Origin: Epithemia pelagica | Taxonomy: Eukaryota; Protista; Bacillariophyta | DNA: 64,000 nt | Direction of reading: 5' to 3' | NCBI GenBank assembly: GCA_946965045.2 | Contig: OX337229.1 | Span: 496,001 to 560,000 of the forward strand | Part shown: in pieces, positions 22,849 through 35,833 of the stretch | Layout: every line of letters begins with the position of its first letter | Position numbering within the stretch: position 1 is the stretch's first letter | Notes under the pieces: generated by a model | What the model saw: only the letters and a program-made list of their open reading frames with translations | What the model was told of the DNA's origin: nothing | Database searches by the model: none | Program-made: the position numbers and the translations under genes

Positions 22849-25800
22849 ATGACCGAGGAGGAGGACGCTCCACCCACTGTGTTTAAGCCGACCAAGCCCA
22901 AGATCGGCGGCATCTTCCAGAGCAAACGAGATGAGTTTGTCGTCTGGACTGGCGGGAAACCCAAAGCAGATTGGAAAGGGTTAGACCCAACCGCAAGACA
23001 AGAATACTTGCGTGCACTTCAAGTACGTACCTTCAATGACAAGCGGTTCAAGGACCGAGTGACAGGACCTGAAGACAAGTTTGATAAAAAGAAAGGAGAC
23101 TTTAGTCGATTGAAGGACGACATTGAGCAACACCTTGTCATGCATGGCATGGACTCGATCGCGTACTTACGTAATCCCCTTGACCCTACCGAAATGCTCT
23201 TCATTGTGACTGAACATCCCAAATATACTCCCAGCAAGGTCAAGGAGTTGATGGACGAGCAGATGACTCATTACGATAAGTATGACCGCAACAATGATGT
23301 GAGCGCACGAGATTTCCTGTTCGACTGTCTTGAAAAGGGATTCAAAAGGGAAGTGCAGGATCAGGCACGGGACGTCAAATCGTTCCCCGAGCTTTTCATG
23401 GTGCTTGTGAAAATAGTGACACATGACTCACCGCAACACTGGGAACAGGTGAAGAAAGATATGAGAGGATTACTCCCTCAAAAATATCCGGGCCAAGACA
23501 TAATGGCACTCACCAAAGACTTCTCGCAGAAGGCGCGACCGCTGATCGCCGCTGGGTTGTACGATCACACCCTGACCGCTAGCTTGATGACCAATATACT
23601 ACGTGCCGAGTGGCCAGACACTCCCAAGTTTGAGCTCATGTACTTGGCCAAGAATCTAAACGACACCATCATTGAAGTTCGCTTCCAGGATCGCACCACT
23701 GCTGACCTGAAAATGCGAAAAGAAAAACTGTGGTATACCGATATCATTGAAACAGCAAACACAAAATATTTGGTTAGTGTCAAGGATGGCGAGTGGCGCC
23801 CCAAGCAGCATGCCACTGACTCCAAAGCGCCACCTACCTCATTTGGAGCAAACAAAGCAATCGCCAAAACTACTCCGTCCCCTCGACAGAATCGCAGTGG
23901 TGGTCATAAGGGTGCCATGACCCAGGCCAGCTTGAATGCCCTCATCAATTCGCTGAAACACCCTCCTGGCCATAATCCCACCCCTTCTCCATCCACTGGA
24001 CCACGCAATCCTTCGACCGGTCACCGCGACAAGGGGGGAAAGAAGACACCCCAACACAAGAAGACACCCCAACACAAAAAGAATATGACTCGAGTTGACC
24101 GTTCAAAGGTGCATCCGTGGCGGCTTGTGCCTCCGGCCTCTCATGAACCTGAATCCATGATCGTAGACGGTGTTATGTATTATTGGTGTGCCATCTGCAA
24201 ACGATGGAATGACACCCATGGGACCGCCAAGCATATTGTTGGATACAAGAAAAACAAGCACGGCACCAAGGAATCCCGAGCCCACAAGCTCGAGTTTGAT
24301 GTGTCCGCTTGGAAAACGGAGTTTGATTGTTGTGTGCTTTGTAATGACCAAGACTGTAATACCAACGACTGGAAAGATCTTCCAGATTGCATGTCTCTTG
24401 AAGAAGACGACAAAGGATATACCAATACACAGGACTTCGACTTGTGCGCCTTTGTCATGCAATGCGACTTCATGGAAGTACACGGAACCTCCAATTCTTC
24501 CAACATGATTCAACACCCAGTCAACAATCCCAACTTTGATCACCACTCGGCAGACACATCCTCCCTGGAATGGTCCTCCCATTCAAATAAGGATCCTCCA
24601 CAGAACCAAGAAGAAACAAATTGTTGTGTGGACCATATCACCGAAGAACTGAAAACAGAGGGAGGAACTCCTCTGGGGTTGATTGTTGGGTCTGGAGAGT
24701 CAATTGTTGCATCCAATGCGTCCTTCCCTTCTCTACCACCTCTTGTACGTCGTCATTGCTGTGAAAAGAGATGTGGTAGTGAAACAGAAGCCGAAGCAAA
24801 TACATTGTATTTCGACGAATGGGAGGATATCAACTCCTGGTATGACACGTCAAGCAAGAACCAAAACATGGACACGGATCTAAGCATGGCCATCCAAACT
24901 GTTGAAGCAAACACAGCTGCACACGAAGCGAGCTTTGACAGCTCTCAACTCAACCTTGGCAGTGACGACACACATATGCGTTCCCACAACACAACAATGA
25001 GCTCGATCCTCGATACGACACAGGACAGCTCGGTTTTGAGCGATGACAATATCTCAATGACCCCTCTCAAGAACTTGCAGAGAGGAAAGATTGCAAGTGA
25101 TGAGGAACGAGAGGATAGGAAACCTGCAGCAATGCAACCAGACATCTCACCTATCCAGATGGACCACACTTCACCTCCTCGAGTCAATCTCCAACCTCGT
25201 CCTTCTGTGAGAACTTTGGAAGAATGGGCAAGAAGCTTTCAACCAGGACTACGTCCTCCTGCAACAGATCCACGGATCTCCATAGAGGAAGAAGCAGCAA
25301 AAGCAAGACGAGATGGAATGCGTTATGAGAGAGCGCAGTACACCGTTTACGCTCTGCAACACCAAGAGCCGAAACTTACCATCGCACAGGCTTACCAAAG
25401 AGTAAAGAACGAAGAATGGTACCTTGGATGGTATTTGGATGGTACGAGGATCCCACACCACCCAAATCCAGCTCCTGTCTGGCCTGGACTCGAGATTCAA
25501 TCCGATCCGCCACCTTGCCTTCTTCGGGCTCGCATTATGGAACATCGACCAATTGAACGAGGATACCATGCACAATTTGTTGCCCTTCTCAATCAAAGCA
25601 ACGCCACGCCGTCACCAGTCAATATCTCAGATCCGCCCTCTGTAAATCTCAGTTCAAGAAGCAAGGCATGTGAGACTTTGGAACAGCAAGCAGAAGACAT
25701 GGCTGACACAGCTGATGGAGAACGATCTTTCTCCTCGACGTCGTTCGTCGACACAAGCAATCTTGGAGAACAATACGTTCCCACTGACGCTTCTCACACA

Positions 25801-28800
25801 ACAAACGAAACAGATATCACTTACCCACACATCAATCCTTTTGCGCAATACTATGCCAAGATGGCACTCATTGAAATTGCTAACTCGGACTCGAGCTCCG
25901 ACGACGAAGAGATGACTGATGCAAACGAAAATTTGGAAAGTGAAGATGAGATCGACGAGAACAACGAGTCCCCTTTTGTCTCACTCTGTGACAGTATCAT
26001 CCAATACCTCACGTGTGTCCCCCACAGTATTACTGTGATCCATAATGTACTGGGGAAGCACGGGTTTGACCAAGATCCAGACAAGATGGACGTCCTCTTA
26101 ACCAACGCGACTGAGGAATTAGTGACAACACGCCTTGCATTCAACCGTGAGTCTGATCCAGCTACACGTGGAGAGCTGGAAATCAAGCTACACAACCAAG
26201 GCGAGCTTGTTAAAGAACTATGGATTTACACACATGCACGTGAACAGGTTGAAGGATCACCCTATTCCAATCGGAGTCTACCTTTGACTCTCATTCACGA
26301 ATTTGCTTGGGAGTTAGCGGCCGGCGACCTTGCTCCTGACATCCCGACGCCGGTCTGCCCTGATCGTGTTCGTTCTGATGGATCTAGCAGTACAGTCTAT
26401 CCATTACAATCACAGACGCCTCGTGACAGTCCTAGCAAAGACTTTCCGGATTTCGATCAGTTCGAAATGAACTATGCACCTTATAGTACTTTCTCGGACA
26501 CCACGCCCGGAGATACACGTGGCCCTACACGTGTAAGCAACCACACTGCGCCTGTCGGGTCGGCACAAACGCAGGGCGAGACAACCACAATTCCTCCTTT
26601 CCCTTGGCACATGTTTGCGGCTAGCTTCACGACCCTTCTTGTGGTCCTATCCAGTATCCTTTGGATCCTACCTGTTCCTCACCCTCTGGAACATGCAAAC
26701 AATGCAACTATTTCAGGTTTTAAATCTATTTGGTCGGGAATGACCCATCTGTACTTGGGAATCCGAGACTTGACCTACGGCGGATCTGCCCTTGTTTGGA
26801 GTGTTCTTATTCACCCATCGTGCCAACCTGCTTTCTTCACCTGGTTGTGCTGTTGGTTGGCTGCCTTCATGGTTGCACCCTGGGAATCGCCTAGCGTGGC
26901 ACACACAGCCCCTATCCGTTCTTTATTCTCACCCCAGCCACAGCGCCCATCCGCTGTGAACCATTTCCGAGTCACTCTCCACCCACGTCGCCAAGCTCCA
27001 CCACCTTTGTTCGGGAACACCCTTCTTTTCCACACCTTCTGGTGCAAGATTGTTGGATCCATCCTTAATGGGCGTGTCCTTTTCGACTGCCTCCGTTTGA
27101 TTGTTGTGTCTGTTGGTAAATTGTTGCTTTCTGGCAGGGCAAATCGCTCGAAAGAGGGAGAACACCAACCTTTGTCCCCTCGACGAGCCGGTCCCAAACG
27201 CAAATCCGTTTTCCGACCAATTCACCCTGCTCCAGTCACCAAGCGAGCACGAATGCGGACTCGACTGACACGGGTTAACCGTCCATCCTTGGAACAACGA
27301 CTTCGTCAACAACGAATCCATTCCAAGAAACGACGCAACCCACAAGAAGCATACTGTACCACACCCATGGACCGCTATCAGAACCCCCATCGCGCCAACC
27401 ATCCATCGAACCCGATGAACCATCATCGGAATAGGAACTCTAATAACCGCCCGTCGACAAATCCTGTCGACATCTTCAGGAACACACGATCTGCAAAGGA
27501 ACGAGAAATGTTCGCTCTTGCAGCGTGCCTTGAGGGACCCACACTCTGCGATGTCTTCAGGACCTTGGGGAGCACACCACACCACCAATGGGAACAAATT
27601 ACACAAGCTGGACTCCAAGCTTGCCTTCAGGATCCTCTCGCTTTACGAAGCGCCATGCCACACAATGCATCCTATCCAATTATTTGGGACAGCGGAGCCA
27701 GCATCTCGATCACAAACCAGACTCAAGACTTCATCGGAACAATCCAGCCCTTGCCAAACTTCAATGTAAAAGGAATCGCCAACAGGATGAAGGCAACAGG
27801 CCGAGGTTTTGTCTTATGGTCTGTGCTCGACACCGAAGGGAAGCTCAGACAGCTCAAACTCCCTGCCTTTCTTGTGCCAAAGACCAACGCAAGACTCCTG
27901 TCAACACAAAGTCTGCTCCAAACATACGACGGTGAGAAAATCATCCAAGATGGAAAGACAATGGTGCTTACAGGAATGCCCGGTGACAAGAAACGAACGC
28001 AAATCACAATTCTCATCAATCCGTCCAACAACCTGCCCATGTCGTATGGGTACGACCACAAAGAAGTAAAGAAAAGCGCACACGCTCTCAGCTCCATCAT
28101 TTCAGAAACGTCACAGCACAACATGAATTTAAGCGAAGCGCAACAAGAATTGGTACGTTGGCACAATCGCTTCGGCCACCTGTCGTTTCGAAAAGTTCAA
28201 TTTGTTATGAGAACCGGAGTGCTCGCAACCAGTGAACACAAGCGTCGACTCCACATCAAAGCATCCACTCTCACGAACTTACCTCTTTGTGCAGCCTGCC
28301 AATATGGCAAACAAAAGCGAAGACCGTCACCTGGAACCACAAGTTCCATTGTGAAAGATCGCAAGGGGATAACAAAAGCAGAAAATTTATATCCTGGACA
28401 ATGTGTCAGTGTCGATCATTTCGTATGCTCTACTAAGGGAAGAAGATTCAATACTCAGGGTTCATCCGCGTCTAAGGATATGTATATGGGTGGAGCAATA
28501 TTCGTAGACCACGCTTCGGGTTACACCTGGATTGGCTTTCAGAGCCACTTAAATACTCATGAAACTCTACACGTTAAAAATTCCTTCGAGTTATTTTGTA
28601 GAGACGTTGGAGTTATGCCCTCTCAGTATCTCACCGATAATGGATCGGCATTCACCTCTGCCAAATATACAGAGTCCCTACAAACTTTTGCTCAAACATA
28701 TCGCTTTGCTGGAGTAGGGGCTCGTCATCACGCCGGTATAGCCGAGCGGGCCATACAAACAATTATGTCTATAGCGCGCACCATGATGCTACACGCCGCT

Positions 28801-31326
28801 ATACATTGGCCAGAAATGGCTGATCCCTCACTATGGCCCATGGCTGTGTCCCATGCTACCTTCTTATGTAACCATGTCCCCAACACCGCCACCGGAATAA
28901 GCCCACATGATTTATTCACTCGCACTAGATGGGAGCAGCGAAAGTTCCACGACTTACACGTGTGGGGCTGCCCTGTCTACGTACTGGACAAATCTATGTC
29001 AGATGGAAAGAAGCTACCTAGGTGGAAGCCACGTTCCACACGGTGTATACTAATGGGCTTGAGTAATCGACACGCAACAACTGTACCTTTAGTTTTAAAC
29101 CCTTCTACAGGATATATCACACCGCAATTCCATGTGGTATTCGATGATTGGTTTTCTACAATAGCCACTTCCGTTGAGGATGTTCCAGATTTCACTAGTA
29201 CTGAATGGGACCAATTATTCGGAGAATCTCGATATCAATATACTGAAGACGAAACAGAAGAAAATATGGAATCGCCTACTGCAACTGATGAGGTCCATCG
29301 ATCCAAATATGAAAATCGATTGGATCATATCCATCAATCCATGGATCGGCATATTCCCGACGATCCTTTACCCATACCCACTCCTCCCACTTTGCCTCCT
29401 GTTTCTTCTCACTCTGCTCCCGTAGCGGAACCGACACTGCCCTCAGAGGGAGTTCCACACACCCCTGTTGCAGCGCCCCTTCCTCAGAGGGAGAACACCG
29501 TCTTAACGCCAATCGCAGAGCAGGATCCTCCTTCACCCCCTGTTATGACCCCCTTAAAATCTGCCACTCCTAAGAGGGAACAACCTCCTCCGGAACCGAC
29601 TCCACCTAGTTCTTTCAGAACTAGCCGACGCTCCGGACGAACTATCCGTCCACCGCAACGCTATGTACAGGATGCTAACCTAGCCTCTCTAGCTCCGTCC
29701 TATCAGCCTAACGATCTGCTTTCAATGATGAAAGCGTCGATTTCCGACCCGGACACATTGAGCTATGACGAAGCAATGCGAGATAACGACATAGATAGGT
29801 GGAAAGAAGCGGCCGAAAATGAGATTAGGGAACTAGAAGGAAAAGGAACATGGACGGAAGTGCCGAAATCTGAGGCAACTACAAGAATCCTACCAGGAAC
29901 ATGGGTCTTTAAAAGAAAACGCTCTCCAGATGGAGAGATACGAAAATACAAAGCTAGGTACTGTGTACGAGGAGACCTACAGGAAACCGAAGAAGAAAAT
30001 TACTCTCCTGTTGTCAATTGGAGCACAATTCGAATAGTGCTTGTCCTTAGTCTAGTTCTAGGATGGGAGCTTGCCTGCATCGATTTCAACAATGCATTCG
30101 TGCAAGCAACACTTCATGAACCTGTCTGGATTCACCTTCCAAGAGGTTTCAGATCATCATCACCTGGAACTATGTGCCTCAGGCTTCTTAAGAGTCTATA
30201 CGGACTCTCATCCGCACCAAGACTTTGGTACGACCACCTAGTAAAGGCCCTATTGGAAGATGGTTTCCAAATGAGTAAGCATGATAAATGTCTACTGTAC
30301 AAGAAAGACATAATTATCTTTCTCTGGGTAGATGACTGTGGTGTATGCGCCCCTACAATGAAACTTGTAGACGACCTTATTGAACGGCTGAAAGAGAAAG
30401 GACTATCTTTGCAAAAAGAAGGAAACTTCACTGATTACTTAGGCATCAATTTTGTACATGACGAATAGACCAAGTCAATTACAATGACCCAAAAGGGCCT
30501 GATAAACAAAATAATCGAAGCTACAGGACTACAAGACTGTAAGCCCAACTGGACACCAGCCACACAACTGGCACTTGGAAGTGATCCAGATGGTGAACCT
30601 ATGCAAGAAAAATGGCAATACAGGTCCATTGTCGGCATGCTACTGTACCTGGCCACTAACACGCGACCCGACATAGCCTTTGCAGTTAGTCAAGTAGCAA
30701 GATTTAGTACAGCTCCGAAGAAGTCTCACGCAGCAGCAATCAAAACTATAGTCCGCTACCTAGTGCGCACTAAAGACAAGGGAACGATTTTCACCCCTAC
30801 CAAAGACTTTAAGTTGGATTGCTATGTAGATGCCGATTTCGCCGGTCTACACGGACGAGAACCACAAGATAATCCTGTAAGCGCCAAGTCTTGTACAGGA
30901 TATATTTTGAGTCTTTCTGGGTGCCCTTTAATTTGGCGTTCCCAACTTCAGTCGTCAGTAGCCTTAAGTACTCTCCAAGCCGAGTACCATGCCCTCTCAC
31001 AAGCCATGCGTAGTGTCATAGCTACCCGACGTGTAGTAGAGGAACTATTGACTAATCTGGACCTTCCATTCGAAAAGCCTACAATCTACTCAGAGGTATT
31101 CGAAGATAATTCTGGTGCCTTCTATCTTGCAACAAAGCAAAGGTTGACGCCTAGAACAAAACATTTCAACACCTACCTTCATTTCTTTTGGGAACATGTT
31201 GGCGATCACCCAGGAGGAACTAAGGTCAGCATGGTGAGCACAGAAGAACAACGAGCTGATTACTTTACAAAGTGTCAAGCACGTGACCTCTTCGAGCGCT
31301 GCCGAAAACTTAATCAAGGATGGTAA
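22849..31326 (+). pseudogene. Copia Gag-Pol polyprotein interrupted by a single in-frame TAG at 30466-30468
   Basis: Gag WTGGKP and zinc knuckle YWCAICKRWNDTHGTAKH; protease IIWDSGAS; WHNRFGHL...CAACQYGK; integrase VSVDHF / LTDNG / GIAERAIQT; RT KARYCVRGD and LWVDD; RNase H YVDADFAG. The ORF at 30484 is in frame with the ORF at 22663. Confidence 0.93.
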
Positions 31327-31390
31327 CTCCTCTCTCTCTTTTCTGCCCTCCGACATCTCGGGGCATATCGCAATTTGAGAAATCACTCCA

Positions 31391-31400
31391 TGAGAGGGAG
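31391..31400 (+). promoter_or_regulatory. Polypurine tract (t)GAGAGGGAG
   Basis: Purine run directly abutting the 3' LTR start at 31401. Confidence 0.85.
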
Positions 31401-32115
31401 AGTTAAGACATAGCTATTCTACAACGTCTGTGTCCGATCAACTAGTCCAGCTAGCACACCTAGTTTATCGTCCAGGTTTGAGACATCTGTTACAAACCGC
31501 TGTATGCGACACAAACCTTGACGTGTATCTAAGACTCATTACGTGTACTTAAATAGAAGTAGGCCGTTGAACGGACAGACGGACCCGTAACAGGAATTTG
31601 TGGATAAGCATAACTATGCCCTCTACTATTCGGAAGAGATGTACGCTGGACGAGCTACACTCGGAAGTAAGAGCTACATAAATCGAGGATCTAGAAAAGA
31701 ACGTGATCCTCGAGAATAGAACTTGATCTTCATCAACAGGAGATCCAACCCAAGATGGAACACATTCCTCTATGGAGTAGAACAAGTTCTATTAGTCCCT
31801 AATCGTAACTCCATAGTACTTGTCCACTGAAGTAAGGAATACGTTCCCCATCTACGACTAGATTTTGGGGGATGATGGCCGAACGATCCGAGAGGAGCCA
31901 AACCATCTCAAGATGAAAAACACAATCTTTAGTTTAATCTCACTTCTTTATAAACATCCAGTTTGATAATCAAACTTGTTTTGTAACGGAGAAGTCGACC
32001 TATTACGCTGATAGAAGGTGAGGGCCCCATCGTCTATTGTGCATATAGGTTGACCTAAAGAAACTACTGTATCTAACCCTATCGTCTAGAGTTAGCTTTC
32101 TACCCTCCTTTAACT
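31401..32115 (+). repeat. 3' LTR (AGTTAAG...CTTTAACT)
   Basis: Direct repeat of 21739-22453, followed by the TSD atccc. Confidence 0.97.
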
Positions 32116-32359
32116 ATCCCTGTCCGCGTCTCTACCGGAAGCCAGTCTGGAACGGGAATTTTTGCAACTCGAGGCCATGGATTCGGTCGACCAGGAGTTG
32201 ATGCGGCTTAAGGGCAGCATGGTAGAGGACAACGAAGCAACCAACAACAAACCCAAAACACCCATGGCCTTGGAACCAAGCCAAGAAAAACGCATCGAAC
32301 AAGAACTCCAAGTCCTAAAAGAGAAATCGGTCTCGAACATTCCTGTCCAATGGGAGTAA
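32116..32359 (+). pseudogene. VIPP1 3' fragment, right part
   Basis: Matches the VIPP1 3' end through ...SNIPVQWE*. Confidence 0.9.
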
Positions 32360-32723
32360 GTGTAGTGTTCCTTCTTTCTCCTATACTACTTTAGTCCAAA
32401 GGGTGAATAATATCGTAGCTTCGAGTTTACATAGTAGTTCTCGGTGAATTGAGTCGGCCTTCAAGTCACGAGTCTTTAATCATGACACGACTACATCTCA
32501 TTGGGTAACATAGGAGGCGGTTAAAGCTCACTCTGCACGCCAAACAATGGTCATCGCGGGATCAGATCTCTTTTACTCCCACACTTGTGGCAGAGGACGA
32601 CGTGTAGAGGCACCCATAATTTCGTAACTCACGGAACGAACAAGAGCTCTTCTGGACTGTGCAAGGACAATATTCTACTCTAGAGAGTGATCCAACAGAG
32701 GACGGGGACGTTGAACCAGGATA

Positions 32724-34103
32724 ATGATGATGATGATGATGAAAGTTTGGTGGTTTGGTTTCGTTTGGACCACCATCGTTCTCTTGGATGCGACCGTGCA
32801 CGCCTTTGTACCATATTCGCCCTTGCTAGTACGACGATACGCCACGAATACCCCGACAACAACAACGACGGCGCTGTCAGAACAACAACACGCCAATCGT
32901 ATCGTCGTGGATCCATTGGTTCCTCGCCGTCGTCGTGTGACCAACAACAAGAAACCAAAAGATGAACTCGTGGACGTCGACACCACGGTCTTGTTCTTGT
33001 TTACCAATCTCGTGCCAACCAGCATAAATCAAACCGTGGAGGAGATGCAAACCATTGCGACCAAGATGCATCACATTCATATCCGATGGATTGCACAAAA
33101 AGGGCTCATTCAACAATTCCAAATGGAAAAACAAGCCGATGCCCAAACATGCCACGACTGCTATGTCCAATGGAGATCCGACCCCTCCTCGGAACGTGGC
33201 CTGTTCTGGAAGAGACAACATGAACGTGCTTTGGATCGAGTGCAGGTATGGCAGCAAAAACTGGACGCGCATGGCGCTGCCGTCGACAAGCTTGCGCAAA
33301 GCCTTCAAGTGTTGGATCAAACGATGGTGATAGCCCAAAGCAAACGGGATCAAATGGCGGCTCGAGTTCGAATGGCCCAAGAGACTTTGGAAGAGCATGA
33401 GTGTTTTCAACTCGAGGCAGCCCTGAAGAATTCTACAGTGGTGGTGATTCCACCACTCCATACCAAGAAGACCACCATCAATGTTCCAACTGGTTCTTGG
33501 TCAGCTTCTTTCTCCACAACGACGGCACTACTACTACTACTACATCAAGCCAACCTCTTGGGTCCATTCTTGGATGTAGCCAAATCTCATGTCCATGTCA
33601 TGGTATCCAATCGTGCGGAACAACTCATGGATGAGTTCGTCAAGGAGTTGCAACACGTCAAGGACCAAGTGCTTCTATGGTTTCTGGAATGGCCTGCAAC
33701 CCTTTGTGTAATGCTGAAAGAAGCGCAAGAACAACACGCGGACAGGGCCGAGGAATGCTACAAGAATGCCCAATTCATCTTGTCGGCGGAACAATCCATG
33801 GACAACAACAACAATACGTCTCTTGCTTCGTTCTGGTTGAAACAAAGTGAACGTGCGTTGGACAAGGCGATGGCAATCCAAGCACAAATCGACGTGGTGG
33901 ATGACGCTTCGGACAAGCTGTGTCAAAGCCATGAATGGTTCGATCAAACCATCATGACTGCCGCCAGGAACCACAGGGATGAACTGTTCATGAATGCCAT
34001 TGACCGAATGGAACAAAAACTACAAGCCTTGGAAGCGGCGGCCGATGCGTACTGGGCCGGAACGGAGAGTTTCGTCCTTCCGGAGAAAAGCCAGTCTATG
34101 TAG
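32724..34103 (+). CDS. Tandem double VIPP1-derived protein, copy 2
   Basis: 459 aa; differs from copy 1 at two residues (AFVPS/AFVPY, SELAL/SERAL). Confidence 0.82.
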   Translation: MMMMMMKVWWFGFVWTTIVLLDATVHAFVPYSPLLVRRYATNTPTTTTTALSEQQHANRIVVDPLVPRRRRVTNNKKPKDELVDVDTTVLFLFTNLVPTSINQTVEEMQTIATKMHHIHIRWIAQKGLIQQFQMEKQADAQTCHDCYVQWRSDPSSERGLFWKRQHERALDRVQVWQQKLDAHGAAVDKLAQSLQVLDQTMVIAQSKRDQMAARVRMAQETLEEHECFQLEAALKNSTVVVIPPLHTKKTTINVPTGSWSASFSTTTALLLLLHQANLLGPFLDVAKSHVHVMVSNRAEQLMDEFVKELQHVKDQVLLWFLEWPATLCVMLKEAQEQHADRAEECYKNAQFILSAEQSMDNNNNTSLASFWLKQSERALDKAMAIQAQIDVVDDASDKLCQSHEWFDQTIMTAARNHRDELFMNAIDRMEQKLQALEAAADAYWAGTESFVLPEKSQSM

Positions 34104-34253
34104 GAGTATTTGAACTGTTGCAACTCGAGGCTCCCTGGATTTGGTCCCTTGCTGTTTTGTAATTTCAATTCGTTGGAGTACCAACCTAGGTAGTAGCCAT
34201 CTTCTTTTACTATATCTCAAACGGATCGTTTCCCATGCAGACATACTAGAGGT

Positions 34254-34846
34254 CTACTCTTCATCGGAAGAAGAGCTACTAGTGCTGCTGTCATCCTGGT
34301 CATTCGAAATGGGGAGTTCCAACGCATCGTCTTGCAGCAGCAACATGGTGTTGTCCTGAGGAGCGTCTTTGTTATTGTGTGGTGTAGTAATGGTTTGCGA
34401 CATGAGATTCTCCGTGGCTTGTGGTTGTTGTATGGGAGACTGGGATCGCGTTTGAGACAATGCATCTGCTCCACCACCAAAGAGACTCAACAATTCCTCC
34501 GTCGATCGTGTCGTGGTGGAATGGGTGGCAGGGACGGGTGCAGCCGAAACGGCAAACAAGGACGACGACGACGAAGCTGATGGCGGTGGTTGTGGCGGTT
34601 GAGGACTGGTGGTGGTGGTTGCGAACTCTTGAATGGAATGTCGACAGATGCGAATGCGAGGGATCTCCACCCTGCTGTGGCACCGTGCCTGGATATTGGG
34701 TTGGTGGAGCCGTTGGGCGAGATGCTGCCTCGTATCCTCGGAGGGAGCAGCAGCAGCAACAACAACATGTCTACCATTGTTCTGGTGGGTGGTGGCGGTT
34801 TCCGGATAGGAATTCTTGGGTGGCGGTCCCCTGGAACGAGACGCAC
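34254..34846 (-). pseudogene. 3' fragment of the DUF2439 gene, copy 2
   Basis: Same translation as 20106-20720. Confidence 0.85.
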
Positions 34847-35833
34847 AGCCATTGGAAAAGCACTTCAAACTGTTATCCAGGAAATTGGACGTCTTCCAAT
34901 GAATTTGAACAACTTTGTTGTGGACACTGATTTAGGTGGGGACCGTGCTGGGTTTCGGTTCTCTCCAAAATGTGACGAAGATGGTTTGGAGTTTCACATT
35001 TCGAATCGGTGTACTCCTTGTATTCGAATTCATGCAGTCCCAATTTGAACATTCCCCGTGGCAATGTGTTTTTTCTTTTTAAAATCGCAGCGATAAAAAA
35101 AGATGGTGAAGCCAGTTCGTTGAAGAATCTTTCACACTTTTCAAACTTCTTGGAAAATAGGTGTACCCATTGCCGGTCTTTACAAGCAGTGAGGGTTCTA
35201 AGAGTAGACGCCAACTGCAAACCACTATCTGTTGTGCTTTCTACACCCTCTCATGGCCTCATTATTGGTTGCCAATTGCTGACCAATGATGCTCTTGGGG
35301 AGAACAGGTGGGTGCCTTGTTGTTGCTGTCTGTGGTATGTTTAGTTTTGCGTGGAACGGGGATAACCTTTGACAAACCCAACAACCAACAACAACCCCCA
35401 AGTCTATCTAGAATAGGCGGCATGATTGTTCGTAGCGACACGTGGTATTTCCAGAGGTGGAGCTATAGGATGCCTACGTTCAATGGAAACTCCACCACGC
35501 GTCAAATGCCAGCCAGACCATTGTCTGTTCTCTCGGTTCCTGCTGTCTAAAGACTGCATTGGTCCTCAAGCTTGTGACAACGTGTTCGCTGGGAAATCCG
35601 TCAAGGACGCCTCATCTTGTGCTAGGTGATCTATTAGGTAAAACCATTCTGCAAAATCAACGATTCTGCAAAGTCTCTTGCTATTCTCTTGAGAGAAAGA
35701 ATCCACAAAGATTTGTTGCAATTCTTGTTTATCTTTTATGGGCGTCGGTGGATTGTTGTTCTTGTCGTTATCAATTGCACAAATTCATTGGTGACAAGGT
35801 TGTCCACATAGATTCCACTGGATCCCATGATAT

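Larger units (their letters stand above)
21739..32115 (+). mobile_element. Full-length Ty1/copia LTR retrotransposon (diatom CoDi-like), 10,377 bp, 5-bp TSD ATCCC
   Basis: Two 715-bp LTRs; TSD atccc at 21734-21738 and 32116-32120; the empty site gggatccctgtccgcg is present in VIPP1; domain order Gag-PR-INT-RT-RH. Confidence 0.98.

Noticed and set aside
24040-24078. KKTPQH duplication in Gag
   Set aside because: An 18-bp in-frame slippage in a disordered basic region with no sign of significance.
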